A model generated the notes under the pieces. The model was not told where the DNA came from, did not search any database, and saw nothing but the letters and a program-made list of their open reading frames with translations. This document shows positions 29,101 to 36,572 of a DNA stretch of 45,096 bases, in pieces. Each line of letters opens with the position of its first letter. The first letter of the stretch is position 1. A program made the position numbers and the translations under genes. Source of the DNA: Saprospiraceae bacterium (GTDB lineage: Bacteria; Bacteroidota; Bacteroidia; Chitinophagales; Saprospiraceae); contig JAHDBE010000003.1 of the NCBI GenBank assembly GCA_020630555.1, forward strand, positions 1 through 45,096, written 5' to 3'.

Positions 29101-30662
29101 CTTACTGTGTCAATTTAAGTACAGCGCTTATGGAAAATGGCCAAGTAGCGTTGTGGGCGTGTGACTTCGATCTCGGTAGCTTTGACAATTGCTCAGAGCA
29201 AGAAGATCTTCGTTTCACATTCTCAAAGACACACCCGGATTTAGATCCAGATTACGTACCATCACTTAAGTGTTCTGCAAAAGTATTTGATTGCGATGAT
29301 TTACCAGAAGAAGGTAATACGATCGAAGTAGAAGTGTACGTATGGGATGAAAAAGACAATTACGATTACTGCACTGTTAATTTAACATTGATTGACAACC
29401 AGGGTGGTTGTGGCGAAACTCAATCTGCTCAGATTGCCGGTAACGTGACAACTGAAAATGGAGTAAATGTAGAAGGCGTCGAAATGACTCTTCAATCTAT
29501 TCTTCCTGAATTCCCTAAAACAGATATGACTGACACAGACGGTCATTATGGCTTTGCTTCTAATCCAATGTATGTGGATTATAATGTAGGTGGTCAGAAA
29601 AATGACGACTACATGAATGGAGTAAGTACTTTAGATTTAGTGCTAATCCAGAAGCACATTTTAAACTTACAGCCTCTTGCTTCTCCGTATAAGGTTATTG
29701 CGGCAGATGTAAATGGAGATACGAATGTAAGTGCCATTGATTTAATCGAATTAAGAAAGTTGATTCTTGGAATCTACACAGAATTACCATCAAACGATAG
29801 CTGGAGATTTGCAGATGCATCTCAAGTGTTTGGTAATCCATCTGATCCATTCCCATTTGTGGAAGTGATTAACTTAAACAATTTGATTTCTGATCAAATG
29901 AATGAAACCTTCGTGGCCATCAAGATAGGGGATGTAAACGGTTCGGCTACAGCCAATGTTAACGCAGAAGCTGTTGAGAATAGATCAAACCAATCATTAG
30001 ATTTTGTCATCAATGATATGGAAGTAACTGCTGGTCAGGAAATCACTGTACCAGTTTACGCTAATAATTTCACGAAAGTGGTAGGATATCAATACACAAT
30101 CAACTTAAGTGATGCACGTTTTGTAGACTTCGGAAAAGAAGCACTTAACATGAACGCAAGCAACTTTGGAATGATTGCTGATAACCAGATCACAACAAGT
30201 TGGAACGCTAGTAATGGTGTTTCTGCTAACGAAAATGATGCATTATTCACATTGACCTTAGTCGCTGAAAAAGCCGGTCAATTGAGTGATATGATACAAT
30301 TTGGTTCTACGGTAACAAGAGCAGAAGCTTATGACATCAATGGTGTTGTAGCGGATGTAACATTGAACTTTAGAAGCGGTGATGAGTTGATCGCTGGAGG
30401 AACTTTCGAGTTATTCCAAAACCAACCAAACCCATTCAAAGGTCAAACAATCGTAGGATTTACCTTACCAGAAGCTGGATCTGCTACATTGACAATTTTC
30501 GATGTAACAGGAAAGCAACTTAATGTCATCAGAGGTAACTATGCTAAAGGATATAATAGTGTAGTTCTCACTAAAGACGATCTAAAAGCTAGTGGAGTTC
30601 TCTACTATCAATTAGAGAGTGGCACAAATATTGCCACTCGTAAGATGATTGAGATTGAGTAA
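26151..30662 (+). CDS. Very large T9SS-secreted Cys-rich surface protein: repeated HYR-like modules, Asp-rich calcium-binding-type stretches, CarboxypepD_reg-like domain, dockerin-like pair, cohesin-like domain, type-A T9SS C-terminal domain
   Basis: The start is chosen at MPMCKRNL... (26151), ahead of the signal peptide ...SSSSAQA. Module ends recur as T.TW...D.CGN...C followed by D(K/N)xAP linkers (DKLKPV, DTEAPT, DNAAPV, DKLAPV, DNIAPT, DKKAPT). The dockerin-like duplicated EF-hand segments are NGVSTLDLVLIQKHIL and DVNGDTNVSAIDLIELRKLILG (29601..29774). The cohesin-like domain is ~29988..30374. The CTD is ~30402..30659 (QNQPNPFKGQT...GVLYYQLES). Confidence 0.8.
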   Translation: MPMCKRNLRISGGSLPLFALILTFCFQFILVSSSSAQAIACNDNVQVSLDDNCEAEITPEMILEGEDPGLVPADWTVTIDGTTGQTVTVTAKGTYTVTATHVPSGNSCWGTITVEDKLKPVITGVNSCPNGGTLFTTSFVGSVDGTNTLGTFGVTCAALGASVGLPNAVLPSDVAYELVPFTAPADGNYTLTPALPVGCDYVFGVIPAGTFNPADPCAGFVALGGASATFGSTSVGTAFLTAGEYELAICVNPFTCGYDITLTSDICEYPCNKIDEVTAAPWPAVDENCSSYDCVYSDVTVSDQCAGTITTRTWICTDECGNASDPWSQSLYFAPIDLAEVVAPVSSVDLNCGVGTTPQDIYDFQLPLVGSATAYTMAWPTVNGWPVDGAICNLAVTYTDQEIPLCGDGCGGDDNVKVIRTWNVFDWCDNSSISFVQIIKAADTEAPTLDVDDVTVSTDPWGCTASTYLPAPNILHDNCSFDVDYTVTGPVGVLITYNSSLGQYFVDDAPKGVHTFTYTATDCCGNSSSFDITVSVVDNAAPVAVAKQDIVISLTSSGSSGEGLGKLYAASIDNGSHDGCSPVHLEVRRESQNCGITGNTTYNNDGHSFDSGSDPDDGAFVKFCCDDIYGLNGVDEDGDGVNDYAVVQVWLRVWDDGDMNGVYGSAGDNFNETWANVRIEDKLAPVISCPPNIVVDCDTDCEDLNIVGQATAYGTCGASNVDYTDINTVNSCGVGTIYRRWFVVGRPDVFCTQVIDKTALNPFDGDDINWPGDITVDCMQPSPSEPTWNPGPCDLIGYSVESDTFLFEDGACFKILNHYTVIDWCQYDPNDTDLNTVYDPTDDGYVFGIWFHTQVVKVEDNIAPTLFECDDLMMEVNDHNDADGDGIECENRAVMLTNTAEDNGDCASDWLKWDIEIDLWGDGSVDYILSAVSASGEQVKVTIPEDIEGSMYNHRVLWKVRDGCGNTTSCSTTFMVVDKKAPTPYCVNLSTALMENGQVALWACDFDLGSFDNCSEQEDLRFTFSKTHPDLDPDYVPSLKCSAKVFDCDDLPEEGNTIEVEVYVWDEKDNYDYCTVNLTLIDNQGGCGETQSAQIAGNVTTENGVNVEGVEMTLQSILPEFPKTDMTDTDGHYGFASNPMYVDYNVGGQKNDDYMNGVSTLDLVLIQKHILNLQPLASPYKVIAADVNGDTNVSAIDLIELRKLILGIYTELPSNDSWRFADASQVFGNPSDPFPFVEVINLNNLISDQMNETFVAIKIGDVNGSATANVNAEAVENRSNQSLDFVINDMEVTAGQEITVPVYANNFTKVVGYQYTINLSDARFVDFGKEALNMNASNFGMIADNQITTSWNASNGVSANENDALFTLTLVAEKAGQLSDMIQFGSTVTRAEAYDINGVVADVTLNFRSGDELIAGGTFELFQNQPNPFKGQTIVGFTLPEAGSATLTIFDVTGKQLNVIRGNYAKGYNSVVLTKDDLKASGVLYYQLESGTNIATRKMIEIE

Positions 30663-30682
30663 GGTTAATTATTCAAGATTTC

Positions 30683-30717
30683 AGCCGCCCGTTTTCGTCT
30701 TCGGGCGGCTTTTTTTT
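30683..30717 (+). terminator. Rho-independent terminator (AGCCGCCCG-loop-CGGGCGGCT plus T8)
   Basis: A GC-rich 9-bp stem followed by TTTTTTTT lies 20 nt after the adhesin stop codon. Confidence 0.9.
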
Positions 30718-30811
30718 GCTTTTTTTTTATGTTTTAATTGGTTTTGACTTTCGTCAAAGGGTAACCCAACCCCTCCCGTTGTTTTTTCCGTCTATCAGAA
30801 AAAACACAACC

Positions 30812-31480
30812 ATGAAAAGATTTTGTTTCTCACTCTGCCTATGTACTCTATTCCTTATGTCTTGTGGTGATGATCAAGAAGTTTCTACGCGTTCCTTTAA
30901 AATTGATAAGCCTTTAAATCTACAAGATCTCGAACATGGACAGCGTTTGGCGTTTGTTAAATATTCTGCAGATTGCTCAGATATAAGTCAAGTGGAGTTT
31001 TTATCTGATACCTTGATCGTGGATGTTCATGGAACTCAAATAGAAAACACCTATGTACTTTTCGAATATTTTACACCGTATTCTGATTCTTACGACAGTT
31101 TCACTAATCCGTTTACGCATACTGTAAATGATACGGAAGATTATGTGTTAATACCCGAACGGCATAGCTCTCAACTGTTTTTCTTTTACGCGAATGATAC
31201 CATCTTTAAAAATCCTACGCACGATCTAAATTTGATTCAAGACGATTGTCAATTGTACATCAATTCAAATGATCCCTTTATTGGAAACGACATCGGATTA
31301 ATTGAAGATTTTAACATCGGCGATAAGAGACTACAAAACAAAACAGTCATTTCTTGCGAACCATTTTTTGATCTTGATGGATATATTCTTTATGATCCAT
31401 ATACTATCCATGCTTCCCATGTGACATGGTTTGGTAGCAATACTGTACAAGGTTGGATGAAACTCAAGGATAACGAGTAA
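30812..31480 (+). CDS. hypothetical lipoprotein
   Basis: The start is chosen at MKRFCFSLCLCTLFLMSCGDD (lipobox) at 30812; the track start is 30716. No family was recognised. Confidence 0.6.
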   Translation: MKRFCFSLCLCTLFLMSCGDDQEVSTRSFKIDKPLNLQDLEHGQRLAFVKYSADCSDISQVEFLSDTLIVDVHGTQIENTYVLFEYFTPYSDSYDSFTNPFTHTVNDTEDYVLIPERHSSQLFFFYANDTIFKNPTHDLNLIQDDCQLYINSNDPFIGNDIGLIEDFNIGDKRLQNKTVISCEPFFDLDGYILYDPYTIHASHVTWFGSNTVQGWMKLKDNE

Positions 31481-31506
31481 ATGTTAAATTTTAGTTCGGC
31501 GGTTAT

Positions 31507-31581
31507 ATTGTCAAATTTTAGGGTATCTATATATAAGCTGTTTAAACAGCTTATAATAGGCCGAGTTTAAATTTTGACAAT
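31507..31581. promoter_or_regulatory. Nested inverted repeats: a perfect 22-bp palindrome ATAAGCTGTTTAAACAGCTTAT (31533..31554) inside outer arms ATTGTCAAATTTTA / TAAATTTTGACAAT
   Basis: Read directly. It lies between the lipoprotein gene stop (31480) and the cupin gene start (31626). No U-run follows. Confidence 0.4.
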
Positions 31582-31625
31582 TTTACCCCAATTTATTGCT
31601 CTAACTTTACCATCAAACTATTTCG

Positions 31626-32306
31626 ATGCACATTAAATTATCTGATTTAGAGCGATATCAATGGGCCAACGAAGGTGAAGCATGGCGTTTATGTTTTGAC
31701 CATGAATTGTCCATTTTAAAAGAAAGAATGGCGCAAGGTGTTTCTGAATCTTTGCACTCTCATAAAATGGCTAAACAGTGGTTTTATATTGTAAAAGGAA
31801 AGGCTTTGTTTGAATTAAATGGAAAGTTTCATGAAGTAAATCAGGATGAATGTTTTGTCGTTGAACCAACTCAAATTCATCGTATAGAAAATATTGGTAA
31901 CATTGATTTAGAATTTATTTTGATTTCCAAACCAAACACAATTGACGATCGAATTGAAAATCTAAATTCAATTGACGAAAGTCAGAACCTAAACAACAAA
32001 CGCTTCAGAGCTTTAAGTAATTCTGAAACAGGACAAGTTGATGATAATACCATTTTTAATTACTTCCAAAGAGATAACTTAATCTGGGCGAATTATTCTG
32101 GTGGCCAAATCAAGTGTGGAAATTTAATGGGGACGCGAAAAGGCAAGATGCTCAGATTTAACTATCATCATGTCTCTGATAAGGATGAAATAAAATCTGG
32201 AACCTGCGAATCCGAAATAAAAACCATTAATAACAAATTGCATTTATTTGAAAATTGGGCTTGGTCAAATGGAGTTAAAGGAAAATCTCATTTAATCGAA
32301 TTCTAA
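31626..32306 (+). CDS. cupin domain protein fused to a ~100-aa C-terminal domain of unknown function
   Basis: Cupin motifs are HSHKMAKQWFYIVKG and EPTQIHRIEN. The C-terminal half (FRALSNSETGQVDDNTIFNYFQ...YSGGQIKCGNLMG...FNYHHV...G.CES) resembles small stand-alone Bacteroidota proteins often mis-annotated as N-acetylglutamate synthase. That resemblance is from memory and was not searched. Confidence 0.6.
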   Translation: MHIKLSDLERYQWANEGEAWRLCFDHELSILKERMAQGVSESLHSHKMAKQWFYIVKGKALFELNGKFHEVNQDECFVVEPTQIHRIENIGNIDLEFILISKPNTIDDRIENLNSIDESQNLNNKRFRALSNSETGQVDDNTIFNYFQRDNLIWANYSGGQIKCGNLMGTRKGKMLRFNYHHVSDKDEIKSGTCESEIKTINNKLHLFENWAWSNGVKGKSHLIEF

Positions 32307-32321
32307 TTTTAAATCAGTGAT

Positions 32322-32618
32322 ATGAAAAAAATAATTGTTTTATATACTTTTTTCGCTCTAATGGCATTCTCTTGTGGAGATGAGAATACTAAAAGTTTTG
32401 AAATAGAACTTACAGGATCTTTAACTGTCCAAGGAATTACCACCTATCAATACGGGACCCACGTTTTGTCTACAGATTCTGAGTTTTACGCGTTGCAATC
32501 AGACAAAGTAAATCTAGATGACTTTGTTAACACAGTTGTTACCATCAAGGGAAATAAGATAGAGGGATATCCAGTCGATGGAGGTCCCGACTACATAAAA
32601 GTGGTGGAGCTGCAATAA
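32322..32618 (+). CDS. hypothetical small lipoprotein
   Basis: MKKIIVLYTFFALMAFSCGDEN is a signal peptide plus lipobox. Length is 98 aa. Confidence 0.55.
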   Translation: MKKIIVLYTFFALMAFSCGDENTKSFEIELTGSLTVQGITTYQYGTHVLSTDSEFYALQSDKVNLDDFVNTVVTIKGNKIEGYPVDGGPDYIKVVELQ

Positions 32619-32711
32619 TTCTTCGGAAATTTCGCACTAGGGTTTTCATGATTATTTGGTATTTGGGCTATCTTTCTTTTTTCGCAGCAAACGAATAAAA
32701 AAGCTTAAATC

Positions 32712-33164
32712 ATGAACATCTTAATGGTGTGTCTGGGTAATATTTGTCGATCACCTATTGCACACGGTGTACTAGAAAATTTAATCAAAGAAAAAGGTCT
32801 GGATTGGATGGTTGATTCCGCTGGAACTTCCTCTTGGCATAATGGAGAGATGCCTCATAATGATTCAATCCTTATTTGTGATTCCCATAATATTAATATC
32901 CGAAATCAAAGGTCCAGATTATTCGTTTATGAGGATTTTAATCGGTTTGACTTGGTCGTCGCCATGGATACTAATAATTACAATAACATTTTAAGAATGG
33001 CCAAAAATGAATCTGACCGAAATAAATTGGTCATGTTATTAAATTATAGTTATCCAAATGAAAATAGGGGCGTGCCAGATCCTTATTATGAAGGAGGTTT
33101 TGATAAAGTATATGATATGATAAACCAAGCATGTTTAAAACTTGTTGACTTTCATACAGACTAA
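32712..33164 (+). CDS. low molecular weight protein-tyrosine phosphatase
   Basis: The N-terminal P-loop is VCLGNICRSP (CX5R-S). The DP motif PDPYY lies near the C-terminus. Length is 150 aa. Confidence 0.9.
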   Translation: MNILMVCLGNICRSPIAHGVLENLIKEKGLDWMVDSAGTSSWHNGEMPHNDSILICDSHNINIRNQRSRLFVYEDFNRFDLVVAMDTNNYNNILRMAKNESDRNKLVMLLNYSYPNENRGVPDPYYEGGFDKVYDMINQACLKLVDFHTD

Positions 33165-33191
33165 TTCGTTTAGTAGAATCGTTTTAAAGCT

Positions 33192-33644
33192 ATGTCAATC
33201 CTTTTCTACATACAACTGGTAATGCTTCTCTTAAATCCATCGGATAGAGCTAAAAGCTACATGATGAAAGAAGTTAATACTTTAAGAGCCGAAGGATGTA
33301 AATGTGGAAATGAATGGATGGAACCAGTCGCACCTCTTCAATGGAATAACACACTCTATAAATCCGCGCGATCTCATGCTAGACAAATGAAGCAATACAA
33401 TTTTTTCTCGCATTATGGAAGACGAGGAGAAAATATCGCAGAGCGCATTGAGAGTTTTGGTTATAACTGGCAGGTTGTAGGAGAAAATATCGGTAAGGGT
33501 CAAACTAATTTTAAACAGGTTTTTCAAGATTGGATTGATTCAGAAACACATTGTAAAATGCTCATGAATGCTAATGTCGAAGATATGGCCGTAGCTCGAG
33601 TAGGACGATATTGGGTTCAGCATTTTGGAAGAGAAAGGGAATAA
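33192..33644 (+). CDS. CAP/SCP (YkwD-like) domain protein
   Basis: The pattern N.LR.......L.WN..L...A..HA..M......FSH......R....GY....GENI......W..S..H is typical of bacterial CAP domains. The exact start is uncertain. Confidence 0.7.
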   Translation: MSILFYIQLVMLLLNPSDRAKSYMMKEVNTLRAEGCKCGNEWMEPVAPLQWNNTLYKSARSHARQMKQYNFFSHYGRRGENIAERIESFGYNWQVVGENIGKGQTNFKQVFQDWIDSETHCKMLMNANVEDMAVARVGRYWVQHFGRERE

Positions 33645-33683
33645 CGCTACGATTATCCCTTTCCATATATTTTTTAATGATAG

Positions 33684-34808
33684 TTACAAAGTGCCTCGTA
33701 TAGCTTGCTCTCTTTCGATGGCTTCAAATAGAGCTTTAAAATTTCCTTTTCCAAAAGACTGCGCACCTCTTCTTTGGATGATTTCAAAAAATACAGTAGG
33801 TCTATCCTGAAGTGGTTTAGTAAATATTTGTAGAAGATAACCCTCCTCATCTCGGTCAATAAGGATATTTAATTCCTTTAATGTGGCTAAGTCCTCTTCA
33901 ATATCTCCGACGCGGTCCAATACATCCTCATAATAATTGTCTGGAACGTATAAGAAATCAATTCCTCGATTTCGAAGTTCTCTCACCGTTGTACAAATGT
34001 CATTGGTAGCAATCGCAACATGCTGTACACCCGCCCCTTTGTAAAAATCTAAATACTCATCAATCTGAGATCTTTTTAACCCTTCTGCAGGTTCGTTAAT
34101 TGGAAATTTTATATAGCCATTTCCATTACTAACTACTTTACTCATGAGAGCGGTATACTTAGTAGAAATATCCTTGTCATCAAAGGTGATTAATAACTTA
34201 AAACCAAGAACTTCTTGGTAAAATTTTACCCAATGATTCATCTTACCTAACTCGACATTACCCACACAATGATCTATGTATTGTAGCCCTGTACCATTGC
34301 CATTGGCAGCATTGGTTTTTGCAATAAAACCTGGTAAAAAGGCGCCAGTGTAATTTTTTCTTTCAACAAGTGTATGAATCGTTTCACCGTAAGTTTTTAT
34401 TCCAGCCATCACGACTTCACCATCATCATCTTTAGAGACAAAGGGTTCAAAGGCACTCTCTGCTCCTTTAGCAATGGCCTTATCGTATGCGTCTTTTGCG
34501 TCATCAACCCATAGCGCCAAAACTTTAACCCCATCACCATGAAGATCAACATGCCTCATGATTTCGTGATTACTCTTTACAGATGAACTCAATACAAAAC
34601 GGATTTTGTTTTGTTGTAAAACATAACTGATCGTATCCCGACTACCAGTCTCTGGGCCTTTATATGCCACTAAATCAAACCCAAAACAATGCTGATAAAA
34701 TAAGGCAGACTGCTTAGCATTACCTACATAGAATTCGACGTGATCCGTTCCATTTATTGGAAATGTATCTAAAATCTCTTGTGTTTTATTTTGTGTTAAC
34801 GTATCCAT
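33684..34808 (-). CDS. hppD: 4-hydroxyphenylpyruvate dioxygenase
   Basis: 374 aa, two VOC modules, HVEFYVGNAKQSALFY, GVQHVAIATNDI and a C-terminal FFEIIQRRG...FGKGNFKALFEAIEREQ tail, all characteristic of HppD. Confidence 0.9.
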   Translation of the reverse strand: MDTLTQNKTQEILDTFPINGTDHVEFYVGNAKQSALFYQHCFGFDLVAYKGPETGSRDTISYVLQQNKIRFVLSSSVKSNHEIMRHVDLHGDGVKVLALWVDDAKDAYDKAIAKGAESAFEPFVSKDDDGEVVMAGIKTYGETIHTLVERKNYTGAFLPGFIAKTNAANGNGTGLQYIDHCVGNVELGKMNHWVKFYQEVLGFKLLITFDDKDISTKYTALMSKVVSNGNGYIKFPINEPAEGLKRSQIDEYLDFYKGAGVQHVAIATNDICTTVRELRNRGIDFLYVPDNYYEDVLDRVGDIEEDLATLKELNILIDRDEEGYLLQIFTKPLQDRPTVFFEIIQRRGAQSFGKGNFKALFEAIEREQAIRGTL

Positions 34809-34818
34809 AGTTTGTTTT

Positions 34819-36018
34819 TTACGAAGTTATATTATTCATTCTGACACCATTGGGTGGAACATCATGTTCTAACCAACTCTTATAGTAATCTGGGTTTTCT
34901 ATTTCTGCGGCAATTTCTGTCATGAGTAAAGGTTTAAAAGTGTCTACCATGACTGCCAGTTCATGAGTACCCTTGGCTCCAATGCTTTTTTCAACTGTTC
35001 CCGGGTGAGGTCCATGCGGAATTCCTCCAGGATGAAGTGTGATCATGCCTTTCTCAACACTCTTACGACTCATAAAATCACCATCGACGTAGTATAAAAC
35101 CTCATCACTGTCAATGTTGCTATGATTATATGGAGCTGGAATGGATAGAGGATGATAGTCGTACAGTCTTGGTACAAAAGAGCAAATGACAAAATTTCGT
35201 GCGGAGAAAGTCTGGTGAACCGGAGGTGGCTGATGCACACGGCCTGTTATTGGTTCGAAGTTATGTATAGAAAATGCATAGGGATAAACATAGCCATCCC
35301 ATCCCACTACATCAAATGGATGTGATAGATAGTGATATGGATAAATGTTATCCTGCTTTTGAATTTTTAACAAGAATTCTCCTTTTTTATCGTAGGTTTC
35401 CAACTCTGAGGGTTTGCGAATGTCTCTTTCGCAAAATGGAGAATGCTCTAGCAACTGTCCAAATTTATTTCTGTAACGATTTGGTGTTATAATAGCGCTA
35501 TATGATTCCACTATGAAGAGTCGATTTTTATCCGTATCAAATTACATCTGATAAATCGTCCCAAGCGGCACCACAAAGTAATCACCATACTCAAATGGAA
35601 TATTTCCATACATGGTTTTTAATGTTCCTGTTCCTTCATGTACAAAGATAACTTCATCCGCATCTGCATTTTTAAAAAAGTAATCATTCATACTTTGACG
35701 AGGCGCTGATAAAATGATCTTACAATCGTTATTAACGAGTACTGCTTTTCGCGATTCTAAATAATCATTTTCAGGTTTTACACTAAAACCTCTGAGACTT
35801 CTATGTTTTAGTTGTTTGTCGTGTATTGTTTTAGGTGAAATAGAGTAGGGGTCACCGACTTGTACAATCTGAGTCGGGGGATTACAATGGTAGAGTAAAG
35901 AATACACATCACTAAACCCTTCCGTAGAAAATAACTGCTCGCTGTATAAGCTATTGTCTTCCTTTCTAAATTGGGTATGCCGCTTCTGCGGAATTTTTCC
36001 CATGCTGTAATAATGCAT
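34819..36018 (-). pseudogene. hmgA: homogentisate 1,2-dioxygenase interrupted by a single in-frame TAA at 35542..35544
   Basis: Track ORFs 35542..36018 and 34819..35511 are the N- and C-terminal parts of one HmgA. Hand translation across the gap gives ...GTIYQM*FDTDKNRLFIVESYSAIITPNRYRN..., in the same frame. From memory, homologues carry an acidic residue at the stop position (..IYQ[IM][ED]FD..). The combined length is ~399 codons. Confidence 0.8.
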
Positions 36019-36471
36019 TTAGCTTAGGTTTAAATTTTCAAAAATTGTATTCATGGTTTTCTCTAGCGATTTTAGTTCTCGATCCGATAAGCCTTCATAA
36101 CACCTTCTTCTAAAGGCTTTCGCCAATGGTAAGATTTTCTTCACTACATTTTTACCTTCATGACGAAGATGTATCTCAAATCGACGTCTATCGTTTTTTG
36201 CAGCTTTACGCTCAATGAATGATTTAGATTCTAAGAGATCAATTATTCTGGTGACTGTAGGCGCGTCCTTATATGCTTTTTTGGCAATTTCAAATTGACT
36301 TATGCCATTGTCTTCATTAAGAATATTTAGAATGACCCATTGGTCGACTGTGATGCCTGCTTCATTCGTAAGTAATTCTTTGGCGAAAGCCTGCTTCATC
36401 TTTTTAGCCGTACGCTCAATGAGAAAACCGAATAATTGTTCCTTTTTATCAATGTTAAGTAGAGTATTCAT
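36019..36471 (-). CDS. MarR family transcriptional regulator
   Basis: 150 aa with a winged helix: ITVDQWVILNIL......SQFEIAKKAYKDAPTVTRIIDLLESKSFIERK....DRR. Its stop abuts the hmgA ATG (TAAATG). Confidence 0.85.
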   Translation of the reverse strand: MNTLLNIDKKEQLFGFLIERTAKKMKQAFAKELLTNEAGITVDQWVILNILNEDNGISQFEIAKKAYKDAPTVTRIIDLLESKSFIERKAAKNDRRRFEIHLRHEGKNVVKKILPLAKAFRRRCYEGLSDRELKSLEKTMNTIFENLNLS

Positions 36472-36522
36472 AAATACTTGTTGTACTAACTATTCGTAAG
36501 ATAACAATATTTACTGGAAGCC

Positions 36523-36548
36523 AAAAAAAAAGCCCTCCGACGAGGGCT
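36523..36548 (-). terminator. Rho-independent terminator for the outer-membrane protein gene (AGCCCTC-GTCG-GAGGGCT plus T9 on the minus strand)
   Basis: A 7-bp GC-rich stem with a tetraloop and a 9-nt U-run lies 25 nt after the stop at 36573. Confidence 0.85.
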
Positions 36549-36572
36549 TAATATTATTTCAATATAATCTAG

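Noticed and set aside
35542-35544. Whether the in-frame TAA in hmgA reflects stop-codon reassignment or programmed read-through
   Set aside because: TAA is used as the ordinary terminator of many clearly complete genes in this window (for example proS, the DUF3127 gene, marR and the LytTR regulator). The context UAA-U is a strong termination context, and no recoding signal is evident. A nonsense mutation or a sequencing error is the simpler explanation.
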